Assembly (NCBI GenBank): GCA_018668635.1
Contig: JABJCN010000219.1
Location: 176 to 64,175, forward strand
Source of the DNA: Opitutia bacterium
GTDB lineage: Bacteria > Verrucomicrobiota > Verrucomicrobiia > Opitutales > JABJCN01
DNA length: 64,000 nucleotides
Reading direction: 5' to 3'
Shown: in pieces, positions 23,862 to 33,396 of the stretch
Layout of the letters: every line of letters begins with the position of its first letter
Position numbering within the stretch: position 1 is the first letter of the stretch
Program-made: the position numbers and the translations under genes
Notes under the pieces: model-generated
Database searches by the model: none
Told to the model about the DNA's origin: nothing
What the model saw: only the letters and a program-made list of their open reading frames with translations

Positions 23862-24461
23862 TCAGGTAAGTAAGCCCTTGGTGGATGGAAGCTGCCCATC
23901 CTGACGAGGGTCAACGCGTGTTGCCCGATCCAATGCTCTGGCAAAACCCTTAAAAATAGCTTCGCAAACATGGTGAGGCTCTGATCCATACTCAAGCTGG
24001 ATGTGAAGATTACAGCCACACTCATTGGCAAACGCTTGGAAGAATTCTTTAACGAGACAAATATTGAAGTCGCGGATCATATAATTACTGACAAGTACGT
24101 TGTACACAAGATAAGAGCGATTACTTAGGTCAAGGGATACTTGCACAAGAGTTTCATCCATTGGCAGAAGAAAAAAACCATAGCGCTCAATCCCCAGCTT
24201 GTCTCCAATGGCCTGTTTCACCGCCTGGCCAAGAACAATGCCGACATCTTCAACAGTATGATGATAGTCAACATCGACATCTCCCTGTGCCTGGACATCG
24301 AGATCAAACAGTCCATGTCGACCGAAAAGTTCAAGCATGTGATCCATAAAAGGCACACCGGTTCGAGATTGTACAGTACCGGAACCATCTATGTTGATAG
24401 CCAGGCGAATATCCGTCTCGCCCGTCTTCCTTTCAATTTCAGCTACGCGTTCGCTATCCAT
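23862..24461 (-). CDS. hisB: imidazoleglycerol-phosphate dehydratase (monofunctional)
   Basis: 199 aa. Contains [18 protein letters not shown]-like ([14 protein letters not shown]) and [10 protein letters not shown] motifs. No N-terminal phosphatase domain. Confidence 0.93.
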   Translation of the reverse strand: MDSERVAEIERKTGETDIRLAINIDGSGTVQSRTGVPFMDHMLELFGRHGLFDLDVQAQGDVDVDYHHTVEDVGIVLGQAVKQAIGDKLGIERYGFFLLPMDETLVQVSLDLSNRSYLVYNVLVSNYMIRDFNICLVKEFFQAFANECGCNLHIQLEYGSEPHHVCEAIFKGFARALDRATRVDPRQDGQLPSTKGLLT

Positions 24462-25531
24462 TGTTCGATTGCCCTATTAAGAGTTTCCATTTGTGAATCG
24501 GTGCCGATTGTGACACGAAGAAAGGATTCAGTCAAAGAATGATTCGCAAAATAGCGGACAAGGATTTTCTTCGTCTTAAGGTATTGGAATAAAGATATCG
24601 CCACAGCCGGTCCTTTTCGCCCTGAAATATCTACAGGTTCCGTGAAAACAAAATTTGACTGACTGGGATACGTGAACCAACCGCGTTCTTTTAATTTTTC
24701 CAAAAATTTGGTCCGAGTGGCAAGAACCTTGAGACGGCATTCTTCAAAATATGTAATATCCTCAATCGCTGCCTGAGCTCCTGCCTGGGCAAGAAGGTCT
24801 ACATTGTAGACATCCCGAATCCCATGCAGGACACGGATAAGATCCGGACTACCGAGACCATAACCAACCCGAAGTCCCGCCAAGCCATAGGACTTTGAGA
24901 AAGTGCGGGTAATAAAGAGATTGGGAAAGGTAGCCAAAAGCTCTACTGCATTGGTTTGAGCAAAATCAGCATAAGCCTCATCAATGACAAGAAGCCCGGA
25001 GAATCCTTCGAGAACCAGACGTAGGGGTTCATTGGTATAGCCTTTCCCCGAAGGGGCATGGGGAGATGGCATAAAAAAAATACCGGCGCGAGAATTACAT
25101 ATGTCATCAATTGGAAGATCAAAATCTTGGTCAAATTCAATGGCTTCAATTGGTGCAGACTGAAGACTCGCCAGAAAAGGATACAATGAATAGGAAGGTA
25201 CGAGAATCCCAATACTATTATCCGGACCACAAAAAGCACGAGCCAAGACATTCAAGACATCATCAGAACCGTTCCCAAGAATGATCTGATCAGGCCTTAC
25301 ATTATGCTTCACAGCGATTGCCTCGCGCAGGGAGCGTCCATCAGGATTTGCATAAAGGCGAAGTCCATTTATCTGGGATGTAATGGCATCTGAAATTCGG
25401 GGACTGGGTGGATATGGATTCTCATTGGTATTGAGTTTGAGCCAACCAGTTGTATCCGGCTGCTCACCCGGAACATAACCCTTGTGAGAAAGGATATGAG
25501 GCAGGAGAGCATCTTGTAATTTATAATCCAT
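24443..25531 (-). CDS. hisC: histidinol-phosphate aminotransferase
   Basis: 362 aa. Contains [12 protein letters not shown] and the PLP-lysine context [15 protein letters not shown]. Overlaps the hisB start by 19 nt. Confidence 0.9.
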   Translation of the reverse strand: MDYKLQDALLPHILSHKGYVPGEQPDTTGWLKLNTNENPYPPSPRISDAITSQINGLRLYANPDGRSLREAIAVKHNVRPDQIILGNGSDDVLNVLARAFCGPDNSIGILVPSYSLYPFLASLQSAPIEAIEFDQDFDLPIDDICNSRAGIFFMPSPHAPSGKGYTNEPLRLVLEGFSGLLVIDEAYADFAQTNAVELLATFPNLFITRTFSKSYGLAGLRVGYGLGSPDLIRVLHGIRDVYNVDLLAQAGAQAAIEDITYFEECRLKVLATRTKFLEKLKERGWFTYPSQSNFVFTEPVDISGRKGPAVAISLFQYLKTKKILVRYFANHSLTESFLRVTIGTDSQMETLNRAIEQWIANA

Positions 25532-25534
25532 TCC

Positions 25535-26830
25535 TTAAGTGAACCGGATATCCATGGAGCGACCATGGGCATCAAGCTTTTCCATGGAACTGAACTTCCG
25601 CACAGTGGAACGAGCCGCGACCAAACTATCTTCATCATAGCGCACAATACTGGATCGTCGCATGAAATCCGTTGCACGAAGACCACTAAAAGAATGCCCA
25701 GAGAATCCAGTAGGCAGGGTATGACTTGGCCCAGCAGTAAAATCACCAAGTACAGTGGGGCTTAGATGTCCTTGCAGGATGGCACCAGCCGTTGTAATCA
25801 GAGTAGTCAGATTATCCAATTCTGCATCTTCCACTTGGAGTTCAAGATGCTCTGGAGCAATGAGATTAGCAGCTTCAGCCGCCTGGTGGAGGTTATCAAC
25901 GAGAAAGATAACAAAGTTGTTTTCCAGAATCTTACGAATCTCATCACCATGGCATAGATCAATCGCCTGAGTCTCTATAGCTTGATTGACATCAGCTAAC
26001 ATGGATTCCTCGGTGAGAGCCAAATAGATGCGCTCTTTACCTGTTCCATGCTCAGCTTGAGCAAGTAAGTCAGCAGCGATAAAACGAGGCTCAGCAGAAG
26101 AATCAGCGATAATCATGACCTCACTGGGACCGGGAAGAAGATCGACTCCCACCTTGCCAAAGACTTGGCGTTTGGCCTCATTAACGTAGGCATTACCCGG
26201 CCCGAAAACCTTATCGACGGCAGGGACGGATGCTGTGCCGTGGGATAGTGCGCCAATGGCCTGAATGCCTCCGATACAATAAACCTCATCAACACCACAA
26301 AGTTTAAGAGTGGCCAAAATCGGCGACGCAATGTGCCCATCAGGATCAGGGGGAGTCGTTGCAACTATTTCGGGGACACCAACAAGCTGACCTAGGGCAC
26401 AAGTCATGACAACAGATGAAATTAAAGGAACCTGACCACCGGGGATATAGCAACCGACACGATGAATAGGATAGTAGACCTCGCCAACCGTTGCGCCATG
26501 TCGATTTTTGGCCGTCCAAGATTCAGGAAGGGTTTTTAAGTGAAATTCACGCACATTACCAATGGATTCCTCTATGGCTGCTCGCTCATCTAGGGTTAGA
26601 GACTGGGTTGCAGCCTCAAGCTCTCGTGAAGGGACACGAAGTGCTTCTGGCGAAATGTCAGCTCCGTCATAAAGTTGAGTATAATAGCGTACTGCCTCGT
26701 CGCCCCGAAGCTCAATATCAGAAAGGACGCGAGCCACAGTTTGACGAACTTCAGAGGAGTCGACTGACTTGCCAAAATGGGATTCCAGTTTACAACGGAG
26801 GTTGGTTAGTTCGTTTCTAATAATAAGCAT
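25535..26830 (-). CDS. hisD: histidinol dehydrogenase
   Basis: 431 aa with conserved GGIQAIGAL, GPGNAYV, SEVMIIAD, AQAEHG and APEHLEL motifs. Confidence 0.95.
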   Translation of the reverse strand: MLIIRNELTNLRCKLESHFGKSVDSSEVRQTVARVLSDIELRGDEAVRYYTQLYDGADISPEALRVPSRELEAATQSLTLDERAAIEESIGNVREFHLKTLPESWTAKNRHGATVGEVYYPIHRVGCYIPGGQVPLISSVVMTCALGQLVGVPEIVATTPPDPDGHIASPILATLKLCGVDEVYCIGGIQAIGALSHGTASVPAVDKVFGPGNAYVNEAKRQVFGKVGVDLLPGPSEVMIIADSSAEPRFIAADLLAQAEHGTGKERIYLALTEESMLADVNQAIETQAIDLCHGDEIRKILENNFVIFLVDNLHQAAEAANLIAPEHLELQVEDAELDNLTTLITTAGAILQGHLSPTVLGDFTAGPSHTLPTGFSGHSFSGLRATDFMRRSSIVRYDEDSLVAARSTVRKFSSMEKLDAHGRSMDIRFT

Positions 26831-26840
26831 GGGAAACTCT

Positions 26841-27545
26841 CTAGTTCATGGGGAAATCAAAGATTTCATCCTTCATTGGAGAATTGATAAGGATTTTTTT
26901 GAAATGAATAGTATTGAGGTGCTTACCCTCTTTGTAGGATTCAACACTTCTAGAAAAGCGGATTCCTCCGGAGAAAATCTCACCACGCTGATAGACTGTG
27001 ATGCCCCGCTCATCGCGAGTCGAAAGAATCTTGCCGGTTTCGAGTTCAACATAACGTTCGTAGAACAAATCATCCCGGTAAAAAAATTTAAGTTTGTAGC
27101 AAGCCTTCCCCTTGAAATCAGCTTTTCCCTGAAAGCTTATGCGCCCATTACGCATTTCAAAGCCCTTAAGGAAATATAGGTTTTCAACTGTATTAACGAT
27201 AATTTTTTCTACTTGTGCTGGATGAAGGATGCCCAAACGCCCTTTACCCGTAGACTTGTGTACTTGCTGCCTGTAGCCCTCAGAACCATTCACCGCGGTT
27301 ACTGTAATAATATCTCCGACATGGATTTCCATGCGCTGAAAGAAAGGCTTCTTGATATAGAGACGAAAAGTTCCACTACCTTCACCAGAAGGATTCATAA
27401 TTTTCCCATCATAGTAGATTGAATTAACAGACTGCAGTTTCTCTGGAGGCCCAAAGAAAGCACGGGCCAAAACCAGCGCATCATTGGACCAAAGGCAGGG
27501 GCACAGGTAAAAAAAGGACAGGCATGCAAGAAGCGGTCTCATCAA
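26841..27545 (-). CDS. secreted LolA-like / outer-membrane lipoprotein-sorting-like protein
   Basis: Signal peptide MMRPLLACLSFFYLCPCLWS followed by a beta-rich ~210-aa domain. This is a family guess by resemblance only. Confidence 0.4.
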   Translation of the reverse strand: MMRPLLACLSFFYLCPCLWSNDALVLARAFFGPPEKLQSVNSIYYDGKIMNPSGEGSGTFRLYIKKPFFQRMEIHVGDIITVTAVNGSEGYRQQVHKSTGKGRLGILHPAQVEKIIVNTVENLYFLKGFEMRNGRISFQGKADFKGKACYKLKFFYRDDLFYERYVELETGKILSTRDERGITVYQRGEIFSGGIRFSRSVESYKEGKHLNTIHFKKILINSPMKDEIFDFPMN

Positions 27546-27659
27546 TCAATCTTTTGAAATGACAGCCAATGATTGCTGATTTTTAATTCCAGTCAACAGG
27601 CAGTTGAGTATCCGGTCAGGAAGACTAAACGTTAACAATGATTGAAGACGACAATTGAT

Positions 27660-29198
27660 TTATTCCCACTCGATGGTGGCTGGCGGTTTGGAACTTATGT
27701 CTAGAACGACCCTGTTAACACCCTTGACTTCGTTTATAATGCGGTTGGAGACAATCTGAAGCACATTATTGGGAATCTGTGCCCAATCGGCTGTCATGGC
27801 ATCAATACTTTCAACCAATCTTAGGGCGATTACGTTGTCGTAAGTCCGCTCGTCACCCATGACACCGACAGTTCGTACCGGTAAAAATACGCAAAAGGAT
27901 TGCCAGAGCTTATAGTAAAGACCTGCACGAAACATCTCCTCTTCAAGTATAGCATCGGCCTCACGAAGGATATCAAGACGCTCGACAGTGATATCCCCAA
28001 TAACTCTGACCCCAAGACCAGGTCCGGGAAAAGGTTGACGCCAGAGAACCTCCTTTGATAACCCAAGCTCGGCGCCGAGCGCACGGACCTCATCCTTAAA
28101 AAGCTCTCGCAAAGGTTCCAGTAATTGTAGGTTCATTTTTTCTGGTAGACCTCCAACATTGTGATGGCTTTTTATAACAGCCGAAGGGTTACCCGCGATA
28201 TTTACACTCTCAATGACATCAGGATAGAGAGTTCCCTGCCCCAGGAATTGGACATTTCCGATGTCATTGATTGCCTCCTCAAAAACCTCAATAAATACAT
28301 GTCCGATAGCCTTGCGTTTTGCTTCAGGATCAGTGATCCCAGCGAGGGTGGCAAGGAACTGTGCTGAAGCATCAACAACCTTTAAGTTCAGATTGAAATT
28401 ATCAGAATACAGTTTTTCCACCTTGGCGCGTTCCCCTTTACGAAGAAGTCCATTATCGACAAATACGCAGGTTAGCCTGGAACCAATAGCCTGGTGGAGA
28501 AGAGCTGCCGCAACGGAAGAGTCTACACCTCCGCTTAGCCCCAAAATAACATTCTGATCCCCAACGGTTTGACGAATTTCATCGATGGCTTTCTCAATGT
28601 AACCAGACATTGTCCAGTTCTTTTGACAGGCACAGACTCCAAAAATAAAATTATTAAGTATCTCCTTGCCATGGTCGGTGTGTACAACCTCCGGGTGAAA
28701 CTGAAGCCCAAAAAAAGAACGCCCGCGATCCTCAACAGCGGCAAAGCCTGAATTTTCGGTAGAAGCCGCTTGCATAAATCCTTCGGGAAGACTTTCAATC
28801 TTGTCTCCATGGGAATTCCAAACTCGAGAAGTTTGTGGAACACCAACAAGCAATGGGCAGTCCTTTGTGTTAACCTTAAGGTGTCCTCGGCCATATTCGC
28901 GACGGTTGCTGGACCCGACCTTGCCTCCAAGCATGGTGGCCATAAGTTGGAGTCCATAGCAGATCCCCAGGACTGGAACACCTAGGTTGAAGATTCCCGA
29001 ATCAGGACGAGGAGAACCTTCTGCAAGAACGCTGGCCGGGCCACCGGAAAGAATAATACCCTCAACTCCCTCACTTTCAAGTTTGGCGGCTGAAGTAGTA
29101 TAGTGATAAATTCGTGTAAGGACTTGAGATTCACGAATTCGTCTGGCAATCACCTGAGTGTATTGCGAACCAAAATCAAGTACAGCAATTATGGCCAT
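27660..29198 (-). CDS. guaA: GMP synthase (glutamine-hydrolysing)
   Basis: 512 aa. GATase GICYGLQ and FHPEV, ATP-PPase SGGVDSSV, and a C-terminal KPPATIEWE. Confidence 0.96.
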   Translation of the reverse strand: MAIIAVLDFGSQYTQVIARRIRESQVLTRIYHYTTSAAKLESEGVEGIILSGGPASVLAEGSPRPDSGIFNLGVPVLGICYGLQLMATMLGGKVGSSNRREYGRGHLKVNTKDCPLLVGVPQTSRVWNSHGDKIESLPEGFMQAASTENSGFAAVEDRGRSFFGLQFHPEVVHTDHGKEILNNFIFGVCACQKNWTMSGYIEKAIDEIRQTVGDQNVILGLSGGVDSSVAAALLHQAIGSRLTCVFVDNGLLRKGERAKVEKLYSDNFNLNLKVVDASAQFLATLAGITDPEAKRKAIGHVFIEVFEEAINDIGNVQFLGQGTLYPDVIESVNIAGNPSAVIKSHHNVGGLPEKMNLQLLEPLRELFKDEVRALGAELGLSKEVLWRQPFPGPGLGVRVIGDITVERLDILREADAILEEEMFRAGLYYKLWQSFCVFLPVRTVGVMGDERTYDNVIALRLVESIDAMTADWAQIPNNVLQIVSNRIINEVKGVNRVVLDISSKPPATIEWE

Positions 29199-29210
29199 CG
29201 TAATGAGAAG

Positions 29211-29438
29211 CTAAAATCGTAGCCTAATATTGCGGTGTCCACATTCGGGACAGTCGCTTTCCTTTTCATTAGTGCCGCCATTGAAGAGTTCGGCACACTT
29301 AACGCAGTAAAATAAAAAACGTTTTCGATCTCTTTGGTAAAACTTATCATCATGCCGATCGTACCATAACGAAAGTAGACCGAACAAAAATAGCACACCC
29401 CCGATGCATATAAAAAAAATCAAATTAGGGGTCAGCAC
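29211..29438 (-). CDS. small membrane-anchored zinc-ribbon protein (hypothetical)
   Basis: 75 aa from a GTG start 20 nt after the rplQ stop. One N-terminal TM helix (LIFFICIGGVLFLFGLLSLW), then CVKC...CPEC (CxxC-x17-CxxC). Confidence 0.4.
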   Translation of the reverse strand: MLTPNLIFFICIGGVLFLFGLLSLWYDRHDDKFYQRDRKRFLFYCVKCAELFNGGTNEKESDCPECGHRNIRLRF

Positions 29439-29458
29439 CTAGACTATATCAAAGAATG

Positions 29459-30238
29459 TTATTTTTCGTCCGATTTGGTTTCTTTTGAAGATTCTTCTGA
29501 TACTGAATTACCATCAGCAGGAGACTCATCTGAGGATTCGCTTTCATCAGTTGATTCTTCCTCAGGAGAAGCAGATTCTTCAACCTTTGACTCTGAAGCT
29601 TCCACTTCTTCAGCAGGAGACTCATCTGAAGATTCGCTTTCGTCAGATGATTCTTCCTCAGGAGAAGCAGATTCTTCAACCTTTGACTCTGAAGCTTCCA
29701 CTTCTTCAGCAGGAGACTCATCTGAAGATTCGCTTTCGTCAGATGATTCTTCCTCAGGAGAAGCAGATTCTTCAGCCTTTGCCTCTTGGGTTGTGACGTT
29801 CTTGTTCGTCTTTGGTGTTTTCTGTGCCTTCGGTTTACGCTTAGAATACCCTTCGTCTTCAGCAGATATTAACTCAATAATTGCAACATCAGCCGCATCT
29901 CCAAGACGTGGAACAAGCTTGTAGATTCTAGTGTAACCACCTGGACGATTAATAAATTCTTCGGCGAGAACATCAAACAAACGGTTCACAGATTCAATAT
30001 TACGAACGCGAGCAAGGGCAAGCTTATGGTAGTGATGCTTCTTGAGCTTGTCATCAGTGGCATGGGCTTTCTTCGCCAAAGTTATTGTTTTTTCAATAAA
30101 TGGACGTAATGCCTTGGCCTTTGCCAAAGTAGTCCGTATACGACGATTTTTGATCAAGGCCATGGCCAAATTGGCCATGAGAGCAGCGCGATGCTCCATT
30201 TTGCGCCCTAATTGATGTCTGTGTTTTGCGTGCCGCAT
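29459..30238 (-). CDS. rplQ: 50S ribosomal protein L17 with ~135-aa C-terminal Lys-linker plus acidic repeat extension
   Basis: N-terminal ~125 aa is canonical bL17 (MRHAKHRHQLGR..., GGYTRIYKL). The frame continues without a stop through a K-rich linker and tandem repeats. Last gene of the alpha-operon block. Confidence 0.9.
   Translation of the reverse strand: MRHAKHRHQLGRKMEHRAALMANLAMALIKNRRIRTTLAKAKALRPFIEKTITLAKKAHATDDKLKKHHYHKLALARVRNIESVNRLFDVLAEEFINRPGGYTRIYKLVPRLGDAADVAIIELISAEDEGYSKRKPKAQKTPKTNKNVTTQEAKAEESASPEEESSDESESSDESPAEEVEASESKVEESASPEEESSDESESSDESPAEEVEASESKVEESASPEEESTDESESSDESPADGNSVSEESSKETKSDEK
29515..29785 (-). repeat. 96-bp in-frame tandem repeat, ~2.8 copies, inside rplQ
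   Basis: Unit starts at 29515, 29611 and 29707. The copies at 29611 and 29707 match over the stretch of the third copy I compared (to about 29775). Encodes ESASPEEESSDESESSDESPAEEVEASESKVE. Confidence 0.93.
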
Positions 30239-30260
30239 GGCAAGTAATTATATAAAAGGT

Positions 30261-31265
30261 TTAAAGTTCCTTATTGATGGGCTCAAGTAAACGCTCGTCA
30301 ATCTTCATCCCGAGAGAGAGGCCCAACTGTTCCAGCTTATCCTTAATTTCATTTAAGGATTTTTTACCAAAATTTCGATACTTGAGCATCTCTTGCTCAC
30401 TCTTCATTGCAAGTTCCCCAACAGTTGTTATATTGGCGTTGTTGAGGCAATTGGCTGCGCGAACAGAAAGTTCAATCTCATTGACACTCATATTAAGAAG
30501 ATTGCGCAGGCGGTTCTGTTCTTCGCTAACTTCCTTGGCTTCGCTTTCAAAGTCAATTTCCTCTGTGGATACCTTATCGAAAACATCAAGGTGATGGCGA
30601 AGAATGGCAGTGGCTTCCTTCAGTGCATCATCTGGAGTAATACGACCATCTGTCCAAATATCAAGTATGAGCTTGTCGTAATCGGTAATTTTACCCACAC
30701 GGGTATTTTCAACCTTATATTGTACGCGAGTGACAGGACTAAAAAGCGAATCTATGGCAATTACGCCAATTGCCTGATCTTCTTTTTTGTTATCTTCAGC
30801 AACACAGAAACCCCGACCAACAGTGACCTCAAACTCAGCAAAAATTTGCATCTTCTTATCAAGTGTTAAAATAACTTGATCTGGGTTTATGATCTCAATA
30901 TCGGCATTAGGTGAAATTTCACCGGCAGTGATGGGGCCTTCCTTTTCAATATCGAGTGTAAGAGTTACAGGCTCACGCTTGTGACAATTCAGAAGAACCT
31001 TCTTCAGGTTTAAAACAATGTCGGTAACATCTTCGCAGATGTTTTCCACACTTTGGAATTCGTGCTGGATACCATCCATCTTGAAGGAGGAGATGGCTCC
31101 TCCGTCGATAGAACTTAATAGAATGCGACGAAGCGAATTCCCAATGGTATGGCCGTAGCCTGACTCAAAAGGTTCCGCTTCGAAACTCGCAAACGTATCC
31201 GAAGCAGTTTCCTCAACCTTTATTAGTCGATTTGGGAGTTCAAATTTTCCTACTCGTTTAGCCAT
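30261..31265 (-). CDS. rpoA: DNA-directed RNA polymerase subunit alpha
   Basis: 334 aa. N-terminal dimerisation domain and C-terminal domain motif LSVRAANCLNNANI...NFGKKSLNEI. Confidence 0.96.
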   Translation of the reverse strand: MAKRVGKFELPNRLIKVEETASDTFASFEAEPFESGYGHTIGNSLRRILLSSIDGGAISSFKMDGIQHEFQSVENICEDVTDIVLNLKKVLLNCHKREPVTLTLDIEKEGPITAGEISPNADIEIINPDQVILTLDKKMQIFAEFEVTVGRGFCVAEDNKKEDQAIGVIAIDSLFSPVTRVQYKVENTRVGKITDYDKLILDIWTDGRITPDDALKEATAILRHHLDVFDKVSTEEIDFESEAKEVSEEQNRLRNLLNMSVNEIELSVRAANCLNNANITTVGELAMKSEQEMLKYRNFGKKSLNEIKDKLEQLGLSLGMKIDERLLEPINKEL

Positions 31266-31293
31266 GATGCAATCAGGGGTTAATAATTAAAAT

Positions 31294-31902
31294 TTATCGA
31301 CTATAGAACTCAACGACCAACTGTTCGTTAATGCCAGTCTCCATTTCTTCGCGTTCAGGAAGGCGAGAAACAGAACCACGCAAACCATCAGGGTCTAGTG
31401 TCAACCAATTGGGAAGAATTCGGGCGGTGCTTTCTTCGAGGCTACGAGTTGCCAACTGTCGTGAAGATGTTTTCTCACGAACCTCAATAACATCACCAGG
31501 ACTAACATTGTAACTCGGGATATCAACTTTGTGACCATTGACACAAATATGACCATGACCGACGAACTGACGCGCTGACTGACGGGTTTTACCAAACCCA
31601 AGACGGTATATTACGTTGTCCAGGCGACATTCTAACAACCGGAGAAAGATTTCTCCGGTCACTCCCCTCTGGGATTTTGCACGTTCAAAAGTTATTCGAA
31701 ACTGCTTCTCGGTGAGGCCATATGTATAGCGTAATTTCTGCTTCTCATTTAAGCCTGTGCCATATTCACTGACCTTTCTTCGCAGGCGAGGGCCGTGCTG
31801 ACCAGGAGGGTACTTTTTTCTCTCGAATGATTTATTCGGAGGAAAGATCGCCATATTAAAACGACGATTGATTCGAGTAGTGGGACCTGTGTAACGAGCC
31901 AT
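31294..31902 (-). CDS. rpsD: 30S ribosomal protein S4
   Basis: MARYTGPTTRINRRF N-terminus, S4 RNA-binding domain, operon position. Confidence 0.96.
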   Translation of the reverse strand: MARYTGPTTRINRRFNMAIFPPNKSFERKKYPPGQHGPRLRRKVSEYGTGLNEKQKLRYTYGLTEKQFRITFERAKSQRGVTGEIFLRLLECRLDNVIYRLGFGKTRQSARQFVGHGHICVNGHKVDIPSYNVSPGDVIEVREKTSSRQLATRSLEESTARILPNWLTLDPDGLRGSVSRLPEREEMETGINEQLVVEFYSR

Positions 31903-31958
31903 TGGTCAGTAATTTATTTGTTATAAAATGTATTAATCTAATGAAAGAATGTAATAGC

Positions 31959-32915
31959 TTAAACGCGACGACGTTTTGGTGGCCGACATCCATTGTGAGG
32001 GACAGGAGTCACATCAACAATTGAGTTTACGGTTAAACCTAGTGACTGCAACGCACGCACAGCTGAATCTCGCCCCATTCCCGGACCACAAACCTTGATA
32101 ACAACTTCTTTTAACCCGTGAGCCATAGCCGCACGACCAGCATCCATGGTAACTACCTGCGCTGCATAGGCCGTTGACTTGCGTGAACCACGGAAATTAC
32201 ATTTGCCCGAACTGGACCATGAAATTGTATTTCCACGCATGTCAGTAATGTTAACCTTGGTGTTGTTGAAAGTAGCAGTGATATGGACAATTCCATTAGT
32301 AATATTTTTACTGCGCTTGGCACGGCGAATCTTGACTTCGGCTAACTCGCTCTTGAGTAGGTCCTCAGCAGTTTCCTCCTTTTTCTTTGTCGGCGCTTCT
32401 GCCTTGTCACCAGATTGATCAGAGACAGCCTCCTCAGATGAATCTTCCTTGGCAACAGATTCCCCAGTAATTTCTTCCTCGGCAGGCTCAGAATCGGCAG
32501 ATTCAGGTTCCTCCTCAGATGAATCTTCCTTGGAAACAGATTCCCCAGTAGTTTCTTCCTCGGCAGGCTCAGAATCAGCAGATTCAGGTTCCTCCTCAGA
32601 TGAATCTTCCTTGGAAACAGATTCCTCAGTAATTTCTTCCTCGGCAGGCTCAGAATCAGCAGATTCAGGCTCCTCCTCAGATGAATCTTCCTTGGCAACA
32701 GATTCCTCAGTAACTTCTTCCTCGGCAGCTTCAGAATCAGCAGATTCAGGCTCCTCCTCAGATGAATCTTCCTTGGCAACAGATTCCCCAGTAGCTTCTT
32801 CCTCGGCAGGTTCAGAATCAACAGATTCAGGTTCCTCCCCAGATGAATCTTCTTCAGATGAAGAAACTATCTCAGCAGTTTCTTCGGAATCTTGATTTTC
32901 CTTTTCTTCGTCCAT
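31959..32915 (-). CDS. rpsK: 30S ribosomal protein S11 with ~185-aa acidic tandem-repeat N-terminal extension
   Basis: C-terminal ~130 aa is canonical uS11 ([18 protein letters not shown]...[13 protein letters not shown]). There is no ATG, GTG or TTG between the repeats and the core. The ATG at 32915 lies 12 nt after the rpsM stop. Confidence 0.85.
   Translation of the reverse strand: MDEEKENQDSEETAEIVSSSEEDSSGEEPESVDSEPAEEEATGESVAKEDSSEEEPESADSEAAEEEVTEESVAKEDSSEEEPESADSEPAEEEITEESVSKEDSSEEEPESADSEPAEEETTGESVSKEDSSEEEPESADSEPAEEEITGESVAKEDSSEEAVSDQSGDKAEAPTKKKEETAEDLLKSELAEVKIRRAKRSKNITNGIVHITATFNNTKVNITDMRGNTISWSSSGKCNFRGSRKSTAYAAQVVTMDAGRAAMAHGLKEVVIKVCGPGMGRDSAVRALQSLGLTVNSIVDVTPVPHNGCRPPKRRRV
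32430..32870 (-). repeat. 81-bp in-frame tandem repeat, ~5.5 copies, inside rpsK
   Basis: Unit starts at 32431, 32512, 32593, 32674 and 32755, with a degenerate copy beyond. Copies differ by a few substitutions. Encodes [26 protein letters not shown](G/E). Confidence 0.93.
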
Positions 32916-32927
32916 AATGAAATTCTA

Positions 32928-33323
32928 TTAGGCTTTACGAACTACTCCAACAGTTTTGCGACCACCTTTGCGAGTACGTGCATTTGTTCTTGTTCTCTGC
33001 CCACGAACAGGAAGGCCACGTTGGTGACGAAGTCCGCGGTTAGATTTTATTGCCTGGAGCCGTTTCAAATTACCAGTGATGTGACGTCGCAGGTCACCTT
33101 CTACAAGCCAAGGGTCCTCTGCACCTTCGGCAGATCTTGAAGTGATGAGACTTGCCAGTTGATTGAGCTGCTCTTCACTAAGGTTCTTGATCCGAATGTC
33201 TGCATCAATACCAGATTCTTGAGCAATAATTTTGGCCCGATGTGGTCCAATGCCGTAAACATATCGGAGTCCATACTCCAATTTTTTATTATTAGGGATT
33301 TCTACGCCGAGGAAACGTGCCAT
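32928..33323 (-). CDS. rpsM: 30S ribosomal protein S13
   Basis: MARFLGVEIPNNKKLEYGLRYVYGIG N-terminus and operon position. Confidence 0.96.
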   Translation of the reverse strand: MARFLGVEIPNNKKLEYGLRYVYGIGPHRAKIIAQESGIDADIRIKNLSEEQLNQLASLITSRSAEGAEDPWLVEGDLRRHITGNLKRLQAIKSNRGLRHQRGLPVRGQRTRTNARTRKGGRKTVGVVRKA

Positions 33324-33396
33324 CTGAGGTGGATTGTTTAGGATTAAATTTAGAAAAAAGAAGGGGGAAGATATCGATTCGTAAAGGTTTGCAAAG

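Noticed and set aside
18035-27659. Search for sigma-54 (-24/-12) promoters near the NtrC-type regulator, PBP gene, membrane protein gene and hisD/LolA-like operon
   Set aside because: I found no TGGCAC-N5-TTGC-like match by eye in these intergenic regions. A proper matrix scan is needed before concluding absence.
29475-29924. Long + strand ORFs (149 aa and 103 aa, Ser/Asp-rich) across the rplQ repeat region
   Set aside because: They are antisense or alternate-frame read-through of the low-complexity 96-bp repeat. The - strand frame is continuous with a canonical L17 core, so these are repeat artefacts.
29515-32870. Tandem repeats as a CRISPR-like or minisatellite non-coding array
   Set aside because: The units are contiguous with no spacers, have periods divisible by three, and are in frame with ribosomal protein cores. 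They are coding repeats.
32342-32895. ORFs of 148 aa (+) and 159 aa (- alternate frame) across the rpsK repeat region
   Set aside because: Same artefact. Repeats with biased composition stay open in several frames, and only the frame joined to the uS11 core is credible.
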